A stretch of DNA of 64,000 nt from a virus. Shown piece by piece: positions 31,557 through 38,817 of this stretch; the first letter of the stretch is position 1, and every line of letters starts with the position of its first letter. A model generated the notes under the pieces. It did no database searches. It was given only the letters and a program-made list of their open reading frames with translations, and had not been told where the DNA came from. The stretch spans positions 30,031-94,030 of the IMG/VR virus record IMGVR_UViG_3300044878_000051, one strand, 5' to 3'. The translations under genes were made by a program, and so were the position numbers.

Positions 31557-32051
31557 TCAGACTCCTAGATATTCTCGCAAGCCTGATGCTACCCAGTCAC
31601 CGTTCTCCAAACTGCTCTCGACGTCCTTCCTCAGGAGGTCGATGTGGTTCTGGGGGTTGTGTGGGCGACACCGTGCCAATTGCAACAGCTTGATGTCACC
31701 TCGAGGCGTCAGGTCAAAGTGCCAACTCCAATCGTCAGCATTCTCTTTGATCATTCGCCAGATGTAACGTTTGATGAAATCAATAGCTTCTTCAACCATG
31801 TCCTCAACTTCTGCCTGAGGAATCTTGTCGGAGTAGCTACGGATCTGATTCACCACAATCTCGCGGGCTGCAATCACGTTGCCGTAAAAGCAGTTCTCCA
31901 CAGTACCAGAGAGAATCCCTATCAGGTTCAGGTAGTTAGCGCCGATGCCCAAGTATGGACGTAGGCGGCCTTCTAGCTGCTTAATGATGGGAGTCCCAGG
32001 TATGACGTATGTCGCCGCGAGCGTAATGCCAATCCCAAATTCGGTAGTCAC
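31557..32051 (-). CDS. Hypothetical protein (small-ORF array)
   Basis: 164-aa ORF with GTG start; overlaps the upstream gene by 71 nt, so the start is uncertain. Confidence 0.65.
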   Translation of the reverse strand: MTTEFGIGITLAATYVIPGTPIIKQLEGRLRPYLGIGANYLNLIGILSGTVENCFYGNVIAAREIVVNQIRSYSDKIPQAEVEDMVEEAIDFIKRYIWRMIKENADDWSWHFDLTPRGDIKLLQLARCRPHNPQNHIDLLRKDVESSLENGDWVASGLREYLGV

Positions 32052-32520
32052 CTTTGAACTCCAACATCAAGTTATTGCCTAGGGGCTTGATCGCACAGAC
32101 TTTCCACGTAGGTTCAGTCAGCAACTTCTGCATGATCTGGTTCACACCGCCTGCGATTGGATCGAGGACTTGGTTATCCAGTTCAGAGAAGAAACCATCA
32201 CCATCATTCTGGTACTGTCTCCCCACGGTCTGTTCGTAGCCGGGCATCAGTCGTGCCAGTGCTCCAGCGATAAACCCTACTTCAAAGAATTCACGAGGGT
32301 AGTTGCCAAATACACGCGACAGCTTCCGATCGTGCTTTTCCAGCTCGTACCAGTTGAACCATTGTTGCAGTTCCCGGCAGACAATTGCTTGTGCCAACAG
32401 CCGACACTTATTGACGGTGATGTTAGCCACCATCTCAGGATGGCCGATGTTTACCAAGAAGTTATCAAAATGATACTTCAAGCTTAGCGCTGTAGCATCA
32501 ACAGGGAATAGGAAATTCAT
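31981..32520 (-). CDS. Hypothetical protein (small-ORF array)
   Basis: 179-aa ORF with a C-terminal EFKGDYRIWDW. Confidence 0.7.
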   Translation of the reverse strand: MNFLFPVDATALSLKYHFDNFLVNIGHPEMVANITVNKCRLLAQAIVCRELQQWFNWYELEKHDRKLSRVFGNYPREFFEVGFIAGALARLMPGYEQTVGRQYQNDGDGFFSELDNQVLDPIAGGVNQIMQKLLTEPTWKVCAIKPLGNNLMLEFKGDYRIWDWHYARGDIRHTWDSHH

Positions 32521-32530
32521 GAGGCAGCCT

Positions 32531-32887
32531 TTAAAGGTACAGATACAAACCCGTGGGTCTGATCATCAACGTCAATTCACCTTCTGGGATCAAGTGGTGG
32601 TTACACGCCTTGATCTTCCGGTAAAGCTGGGTGCGTAACAAGTTTTGCTTGTCAATCAGGTGGATTAGTTTGTACACGTCAGTGTGAGCTTGATCCTCTC
32701 GGAACACTAACAACAACGTGCTTTCGATGCAGTCTTTCAACCACGTCGTCTCAATCATGATCATCAGGTACTGAATGTCGTACAGCCCTAATAGATGTTG
32801 AAACTGCGGGGTACTCAGTGCATCCCGTATCTCACAGTGGAGCATCACCTGTAAGTTACGGTAGTCAGTCACCAATTGAATATCCAT
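32531..32887 (-). CDS. Hypothetical protein, paralog of 32898..33254
   Basis: 118 aa; shares WL(K/R), LR and IRPTGLYLY with its neighbour. Confidence 0.75.
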   Translation of the reverse strand: MDIQLVTDYRNLQVMLHCEIRDALSTPQFQHLLGLYDIQYLMIMIETTWLKDCIESTLLLVFREDQAHTDVYKLIHLIDKQNLLRTQLYRKIKACNHHLIPEGELTLMIRPTGLYLYL

Positions 32888-32897
32888 CGGTGTCTCC

Positions 32898-33254
32898 TTA
32901 ACTGTACAGGTACAAACCTGTGGGACGTATATAAAGGATGAGGTTCTCGTTGAACTTTCTAGGGATCAAGAGTTTCGCTATGCGGTTACGCAGAACGTGG
33001 TCTCGATCTAGGAAGCACAACACCCCATGAAGTACAGTGACAAAGTGTGACGGGTATTGTTGCTGAACTATCCTACCAGTCAACTCTTCCACAGTCTCCC
33101 TTAGCCAAAGGTATTCAATCAACCCAACCAATTCCTCGTAGTCTCCGAAGGCTTGTGTCAGGTACTGAAACTTGAGCATCCCCAAGGCTACATCTATATC
33201 GTCTCGCAGGTGTACTTGAATCTGGCGAAACCCTATAACGAATTGGAGCCGCAT
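32898..33254 (-). CDS. Hypothetical protein, paralog of 32531..32887
   Basis: 118 aa; first gene after an early promoter. Confidence 0.75.
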   Translation of the reverse strand: MRLQFVIGFRQIQVHLRDDIDVALGMLKFQYLTQAFGDYEELVGLIEYLWLRETVEELTGRIVQQQYPSHFVTVLHGVLCFLDRDHVLRNRIAKLLIPRKFNENLILYIRPTGLYLYS

Positions 33255-33286
33255 GGTTCTAACCTTTCTGAAGGTTTGTTCAATTG

Positions 33287-33304
33287 GATAATATAGGTCT
33301 CAAA
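33287..33304 (-). promoter_or_regulatory. Early-type promoter motif
   Basis: Minus strand TTTGAGACCTATATTATC. Confidence 0.65.
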
Positions 33305-33393
33305 CTTCTTCGGATGGCCTGTATGCTCTTTACTCTATATCATCAGGGGTTTGTGTGAACTTATACACGCAGTCGCTCCTGTGAGCTTACAGA

Positions 33394-33435
33394 CGGCATA
33401 AAGCCCAACCACCCTCAGTTGGACTGGGCTTTATG
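33394..33435 (-). terminator. Terminator at the end of the RNA island
   Basis: CATAAAGCCCA...TGGGCTTTATG hairpin; reads ...TTTATGCCG on the minus strand. Confidence 0.75.
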
Positions 33436-33439
33436 TTTT

Positions 33440-34235
33440 ACGCTGGCTTCGGTCGGCTATCCGTGAGTGGAGTCAGGTCCCCTCTCGGCCAACCTAGTGG
33501 GGTCGGAGTAGCCAGGCATGTTTTCCCACCGAGTACCCCTGACGGCACAAGGATTGCGGCTAGAACTTACGCACCCCTCCAATTGCCCGGCTCGGCTGGT
33601 AAAGGTAGGATTCCAATGCGTAAGCGAAGTGCCGAAACACTTCCCCAAGACTATTCAGATCGAACCCGGCCTAGGCACATCCGAATACTCTTGAGGCTGC
33701 GTTCAAGCGTAGGCCCCAACCACTATAGGTGCAGAGGGGGCGGGCTATCGTACAACTTGAACCCTTCGCGGGGGTCCCGTACCCTTTGCCTTACCGGTCG
33801 AGTGCGAGTCAACTTTATAGGGCTTCCTGTAGTACGTCTGCTTATCCAGGGTGAGGTTGCAAACGCCCAACCCTTGCCGGGCTGAGATACGTGACCCCTC
33901 GGGTTCAACCGAGCAGCGACGATTTAAGACCCCCGAACCCACCGGCTCTCTGGACAGAGTAGTCACTAGGTTTTGACCGTGGTCGGGGGAATCAAGCTAC
34001 CCTCTCTCTTTGAGTCGTCTACACTTACGCAATTCCTCGAAAGGCAGCGATTTGGGGTTTGGTCCTAAAAGTAGTAACCATTCCTACGACGTCAGGGGAT
34101 TAGCCTGTGAGGGTACAACTAGGGGTGAGCGGGAAAGCCGAAACCTTCCAGACAGTTAGATGCCCGACGGGGAGGGGCCTGTCCAAGAGTTGGGTAGATA
34201 AAGTCCAACTCAAGACTTACGATACGCTCACTTCT
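33440..34235 (-). ncRNA. Large (~800 nt) highly structured non-coding RNA of unknown class
   Basis: Nested long-range helices and three UUCG hairpins; most G-U pairs favour the minus strand; no credible ORF. Boundaries are approximate. Confidence 0.75.
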
Positions 34236-34238
34236 GGT

Positions 34239-34691
34239 TTAACGACCGCACCAAGAGCGCTTGGTGCCACCGTCGTACGCAACTGCAAGACCATTCTTGA
34301 TCAGCACTTGCGCGATGTCTATATCGTCTACCATGACTTTGGACACGATTCTGAAATACTTGTCACGCTCAGGGGCCACCAGTCTAATAGTGGACGAGGC
34401 GTCGACGTACTTCTTCAGGAGTACCCGAGCTTGACGTGCCTTTGCTTTCTCAGCTTCTTGGTCAGCGACTGCTTTACAAGTGCTGTGCATCTCAGGCGCA
34501 TCAATGCCCGCAAGGCGAATCCCTACGTTCTTTCCGAAGAGGTCAGGAACCTCAGGGATGTTTACGTAGATCGTGTCGCCATCGTAAACTCTCACTACCT
34601 GTTTCGGAGACAACGTCAGATCGCTATAAGCGTAGACGCTGAATGAAGCCAGAGTAAGAATCAGCATTGCAAAGATATTGCGGAAGTTCAT
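34239..34691 (-). CDS. Thermonuclease (SNase-like) with a signal peptide
   Basis: VYDGDT, IRLAGIDAPE, DKYFR and LIKNGLA motifs; N-terminal hydrophobic segment ending VYA. Confidence 0.9.
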   Translation of the reverse strand: MNFRNIFAMLILTLASFSVYAYSDLTLSPKQVVRVYDGDTIYVNIPEVPDLFGKNVGIRLAGIDAPEMHSTCKAVADQEAEKAKARQARVLLKKYVDASSTIRLVAPERDKYFRIVSKVMVDDIDIAQVLIKNGLAVAYDGGTKRSWCGR

Positions 34692-34801
34692 AGTTACGCT
34701 CCAAGGGATATACAACATACTATCACTTGGGTATTCGTGTAGGCACCTGCTTCAGTCCCGCCTTCACCACGCTCTCGGGTGTGCGTCAAACTTAGTCAGG
34801 A

Positions 34802-34872
34802 GGCTCTCTTGTTGGAATCGAACCAACGACGGCGTTCGCGAGTCGCTACTCTACCATTGAGCTAAAGAGAAC
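34802..34872 (-). ncRNA. Degenerate tRNA / tRNA-like RNA with a shortened anticodon arm
   Basis: Canonical D arm (TAGCTCAATGGTAGAG) and T arm (GTTGG-TTCGATT-CCAAC); only a 3-bp anticodon stem. Confidence 0.6.
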
Positions 34873-35084
34873 ACTATTTGAAAGGGTGCCTTCTCTCAGT
34901 GTCGGGATGGGTTCTTTGTTTCCAGCGCAGATCCAAAACTACATTGAGAGAGAAGACATAACTCATTTACCCCATTAGTTCCCCTAGTTCTGATTACCCT
35001 GCGCGTCAGGTCGTTCGTAACTAGGGTAGGCGCGTACTGTCGCCTCGTTTTACTTCTGTTCCCTAAGGAACCTTCTAATGAGCA

Positions 35085-35211
35085 TCCCCGTGCCAAGATT
35101 CGAACTTGGGACCTCCACCGGACCCTCGAGTTAAACCCCCTTCATTACCTAAGTAACTAATGGTGGAACTCAAAGGCCCGACAGTGTTCTAACCGACTGA
35201 ACTAAACGGGG
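35085..35211 (-). ncRNA. tRNA-like RNA with the anticodon arm extended into a long stem
   Basis: Acceptor CCCCGT/ACGGGG, D arm TAGTTCAGTCGGTTAGAAC, T arm CCAAG-TTCGAAT-CTTGG; about 50 extra nt in the anticodon arm. Confidence 0.75.
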
Positions 35212-35220
35212 TTTACAAAT

Positions 35221-35308
35221 TGGCGGAAGCGCAGAGATTCGAACTCTGGGGGCTGTTACACCCGACGGTTTTCAAGACCGTTGCCTTAAACCACTCGGCC
35301 ACGCTTCC
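35221..35308 (-). tRNA. tRNA-Ser(TGA)
   Basis: Full cloverleaf with a long variable arm and encoded CCA. Confidence 0.95.
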
Positions 35309-35641
35309 TAAAACAAGCCCCAGTCCTATTCACCGGGGTAGTCACCATACAGCCAAGGCGTTAGCTGTAGTCCATTGGGAACTGAGCAGGAGTCGAATAG
35401 ACCTCGAATCAGCAAGCTCACCCCATCCACCTAGGACGGAGCAACACGCCACTCTAAGCGCATCGAGGGACATCTCGAACGCAGTGGGTGTGGTTGGGTC
35501 GACACCAGCAGGGCAGGCAGCAGGTGTTCGGGGGTCAGGCTTTCGCCCGATGCAACAGTTTCAGCAATCCCTTAGGGAGTTGCTTAGTCTTCGCCTTACG
35601 ACGAGGGCTAGAGAATGGGAAACCAGGCATGGCTCTCTCCT

Positions 35642-36535
35642 TTACGGCGTGTATTGCCACAGCGCAGCGAGCATTGGTGTATTGCTGCCACCGTGGACGT
35701 AGACCTTCCCGTTGTATGATACGGCAACTGCTTGGAACTGACGCGGGGTATGGGCTTTTAGCTTAATCCACACATTGCTGTCTGGATCGTACTTATAGAT
35801 GTCAGTGTTAGTCTGCGAGTTACCGCCACCGACATACATTTTACCGTCCACGACGCCGGCCCAGTGATCGGAGCGGGCGTTGCCGGTACCCGTGTTAGGC
35901 GCCAATACGCCCCAGGTGTCGGCTACAGTATCGTAGACCCACAGCATGTTGTTGTCAGCACTGGCAAACCCACCATGTAGGTAAATCAGTGTACCGATGG
36001 CAACTACTGTAGCGTCATAGCGAATCTGGGACATCGACGCCTTAGCTGTCCAAGTTCCGGCCACAGGATCGTAACATTGAACTGGTTGTGCAAGAGGCTC
36101 CGTAGTCGATCGACCACCCACCAAGTAAAGCAGACCGCCCACTTCAACCAATGATCCACGTTCGCGTGGGTTGGGTCCGTTAGGCAATTGCGTCCACTGA
36201 TTAGTAGCGGGATCGTACTTCCAGAGATCTTGTGTTCTTTGGCCAGTTGCGGGTAATCCACCATAAAGGTAAATCAACCCATTGACCGAAGCCATCTGTG
36301 ATGCATTTCGCGGTGGCGGACCTACCGCCAATTGCTCTACCAGTCGGGTGTCAAAGTTATACCGTATAAAGCTATCGGTCTTTACGTTCCCGTCCAAAAC
36401 ACCGCCATGGATATATAGCCAACCATCCAGCACTGTACCCGAGTGATCCCGGCGTCCTAAGTCTACATCCCCTAGGCTCACCCAAGAGTCGGTGACGACT
36501 GTGCGACCGCTCACATTTAACATAGCTTCCAGCAT
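35642..36535 (-). CDS. Kelch-repeat beta-propeller protein
   Basis: Six repeats of the (I/L/M/V)YxxGG...Y(D/N)...W pattern; MLEAML start has a GGAG SD. Confidence 0.9.
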   Translation of the reverse strand: MLEAMLNVSGRTVVTDSWVSLGDVDLGRRDHSGTVLDGWLYIHGGVLDGNVKTDSFIRYNFDTRLVEQLAVGPPPRNASQMASVNGLIYLYGGLPATGQRTQDLWKYDPATNQWTQLPNGPNPRERGSLVEVGGLLYLVGGRSTTEPLAQPVQCYDPVAGTWTAKASMSQIRYDATVVAIGTLIYLHGGFASADNNMLWVYDTVADTWGVLAPNTGTGNARSDHWAGVVDGKMYVGGGNSQTNTDIYKYDPDSNVWIKLKAHTPRQFQAVAVSYNGKVYVHGGSNTPMLAALWQYTP

Positions 36536-36626
36536 GAGCGTACTCTCCATATAGACATATCCATACCATGTCTACCTAGAGAGTGCTTACAAAGGACAGT
36601 CAACGATGACTACCCTCTTTAGAATG

Positions 36627-36715
36627 TGGCAGTAGATGAGAGATTCGAACTCTCGAGGCTGTTACACCTACACCCTTAGCAGGGGCGCTCCTTAATCCAT
36701 CTCAGACAATCTACT
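36627..36715 (-). tRNA. tRNA-Ser(GCT)
   Basis: Cloverleaf with anticodon loop CTGCTAA, long variable arm and GCCA end. Confidence 0.9.
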
Positions 36716-36724
36716 GTAAAGTTT

Positions 36725-36872
36725 GATCAATACCCGGTGTGTGGTATGTTTTTTGGTTTGTGTCTTGGCCGCCCAGCCAGGATTTCGGGTTGTACCTGGA
36801 ATGCTACCTCGGAGGGTAGAGTTATACCTTTCGGCGTTTTTAACTATTGGGCTTTGTACCACACCACTGATC
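36725..36872 (-). ncRNA. Putative structured RNA (terminal stem plus four-way junction)
   Basis: Terminal helix, A-rich internal loop, and a closing helix carrying three hairpins. Confidence 0.5.
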
Positions 36873-36898
36873 GTGCTTGAGTTGTTCCCTTTGGTCTG

Positions 36899-37058
36899 TG
36901 CTCTCTGAGGTCGGATTTGAACCGACAATGGCGAACGCTCAAGCCATTACGCTGCACGTTTTGCCGCACCCACAGACAGGCGGCCCTACTAATGGGACCA
37001 GGGCCATTTTGCCAGAAGGCTCAACCCAGGGTATACCAATTCCCCCACTCGAGGGAAC
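36899..37058 (-). ncRNA. tRNA-Leu-like RNA with an expanded central region
   Basis: D arm GTGGGGGAATTGGTATACCC and T arm GTCGG-TTCAAAT-CCGAC, separated by about 105 nt. Confidence 0.6.
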
Positions 37059-37069
37059 AACTCATTGCT

Positions 37070-37144
37070 TGGCTCCGAGACCTGGGTTCGAACCAGGGAC
37101 CCAACGGTTAACAGCCGTTTGCTCTACCACTGAGCTATCTCGGA
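37070..37144 (-). tRNA. tRNA-Asn(GTT)
   Basis: Canonical cloverleaf with encoded CCA. Confidence 0.95.
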
Positions 37145-37152
37145 ATGAAACT

Positions 37153-37335
37153 TTAGGACGCCTTCAGAACTTCAGCGACCTTGATCTCGCGATCGTCGTA
37201 GACAACGCGCCGAGCTTGCTCACCGTCTTGTAGGGTGAACGTCTCGTACACTTCGCCTGTGACGCGATTCACGACCATCACATGGACTTCTTTATCGGAG
37301 GCGCAATGGGCTTCCGTAATAACGGTGGTAGTCAT
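37153..37335 (-). CDS. Small hypothetical protein
   Basis: 60 aa with an AAGGAG SD. Confidence 0.7.
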   Translation of the reverse strand: MTTTVITEAHCASDKEVHVMVVNRVTGEVYETFTLQDGEQARRVVYDDREIKVAEVLKAS

Positions 37336-37344
37336 GATGACTCC

Positions 37345-38169
37345 TTAACGACGGTTGCGGTTCATAACCTTGGCTTCGAGTTCAACGAACAACTCCATCG
37401 GGTAATCTTCCGGAAGGTTCACCGACACCGAAGTGTTGAAGGTTTCCGGGTTGATACCGATGCTGAACGGAGCTGCGGCTTGGCTACCGAGCGTACCGTT
37501 GATGATCCACTCGCCTTTGTGGCGAATAGGTCGTGAGTGGTTGATCGCAACTTCCACACCGTCACGGGTGACGATACGGATCAGCTTGATGGACTCGAGG
37601 GAGTCAGTGAGGTCCAGATCAACCCCAGTGCCACGGATCAAGACGAACAAGCTCTTGCGGTCACCATCCTTCAGCGGGATGCGAACCACGTCAGAACCGG
37701 GAGCTTCCACAACCTCTTCCAGGATCTGCCAGTCGTCAGCCAATTGATCCGACTGAGCCGGAATCCACGGGGTGAACATGTTCTGCGCAGTGCGCATGCC
37801 GATCCACGGAGCGAGTGTCGGACACTCGTTCTGACCGGGCTTGTAACCGATGGTCGCGCAACCCACGTCGTAATGACCAGGGGCAACGTAGACCAGCCAC
37901 ATGTTCTTACCGTTCCACGAAGGACGGGTAACACGCTTGCCTTGCTTCAGGGCTTCGATAGCCAGGCCGAAGTTCAAAGCATCGCTAGGACGATAGCTGT
38001 CCTCGAACACGGCTTTCGGCGACCAAGACTGGTGACCGTTGTCGTATTCAACCAGGTAGCCTTCGTCGGCACCATTTTCGTCAGCAGGGAGTTCCCAGCC
38101 TTTGAGTTGATTGTAATCCAACCGAGACATGGGTGTTCCGGTAACGCGCTTGGTACCGATGTAGTTCAT
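37345..38169 (-). CDS. tad2: Multidomain protein containing a Tad2/DUF2829 signal-sponge domain
   Basis: FGLAIEALKQGKRVTRPSWNGKNMW...PWIPAQSDQLADDW is the DUF2829 signature; extra N- and C-terminal domains. Confidence 0.8.
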   Translation of the reverse strand: MNYIGTKRVTGTPMSRLDYNQLKGWELPADENGADEGYLVEYDNGHQSWSPKAVFEDSYRPSDALNFGLAIEALKQGKRVTRPSWNGKNMWLVYVAPGHYDVGCATIGYKPGQNECPTLAPWIGMRTAQNMFTPWIPAQSDQLADDWQILEEVVEAPGSDVVRIPLKDGDRKSLFVLIRGTGVDLDLTDSLESIKLIRIVTRDGVEVAINHSRPIRHKGEWIINGTLGSQAAAPFSIGINPETFNTSVSVNLPEDYPMELFVELEAKVMNRNRR

Positions 38170-38178
38170 GGTCAATCC

Positions 38179-38340
38179 TTAACAGATCATGATAGGCACT
38201 GGTATGCCCTGTTCTTTGCAAACACGCTCGAGGTTCTCCTGAGCTGCTCGCCATTGTTCTAGCCTTGCGAGGGTTTCCTCACGAGACTTCGGATTGATCT
38301 TGGAACGATCCAGATCACTTAAGCGAAATGTACGTACCAT
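38179..38340 (-). CDS. Small hypothetical protein
   Basis: MVRTF start with an AAGGAG SD; 53 aa. Confidence 0.65.
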   Translation of the reverse strand: MVRTFRLSDLDRSKINPKSREETLARLEQWRAAQENLERVCKEQGIPVPIMIC

Positions 38341-38432
38341 GATCGACTCCTTGAATTTGGTGGTCAGTACCGGGCTCTTAACCGGCTGCATCGACAAGCC
38401 ACGACTGCCCCGACTCGTAAGCAGTGAAGGTT

Positions 38433-38527
38433 TCTAACGTAGAGCGCTTTAACCTGACTAAGCTATCAGCCCTGTTAGGCGGACCGTCCGAGACAAGGGA
38501 TCTGAACCCAAGTTCTCTCTACGTTGA
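38433..38527 (-). ncRNA. Circularly permuted tRNA-like element (YrlA Y-RNA topology)
   Basis: Order is 5' stem, T arm, loop-closed acceptor stem, D arm, 3' stem; 9-bp AACGTAGAG/CTCTACGTT closing helix. Confidence 0.6.
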
Positions 38528-38665
38528 TTTTCTGAAGTTGACAAGGGAGAAAGGCGGCTCGTTTTATCTCCCGACTTGTACCCATGCACCTTAATGAACC
38601 ACTGGGCGGCTCCTTTGAGTGCGGTTCGGTCTGTACCCTACCGTCTGTCAATCAACTTCAAAAAG

Positions 38666-38742
38666 TGGCGCCTCCGAACGGACTCGAACCGTCGACCCCT
38701 AGCGTGACAGGCTAGTGCTCTAACCAACTGAGCTACGGAAGC
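38666..38742 (-). tRNA. tRNA-Asp(GTC)
   Basis: Canonical cloverleaf with encoded CCA. Confidence 0.95.
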
Positions 38743-38817
38743 GTAAAAGGTCCCACTGGGCTTGCATCGAGCTAACGGCGAACCGTTTGGTGCAAGAGCT
38801 GATCCAGCAGGATGTAG

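Noticed and set aside
33433-33966. ORFs 33433..33885, 33457..33648, 33723..33908 and 33745..33966
   Set aside because: R/P/G-rich translations, no SD, atypical codon usage; the region is better explained as structured RNA.
33440-34235. Group I/II intron, RNase P or tmRNA identity for the large RNA
   Set aside because: I found no interrupted host gene, no domain V, no matching P7 pair, no complete RNase P P4 signature and no tRNA-like ends. This was by eye only, so cmscan is still needed.
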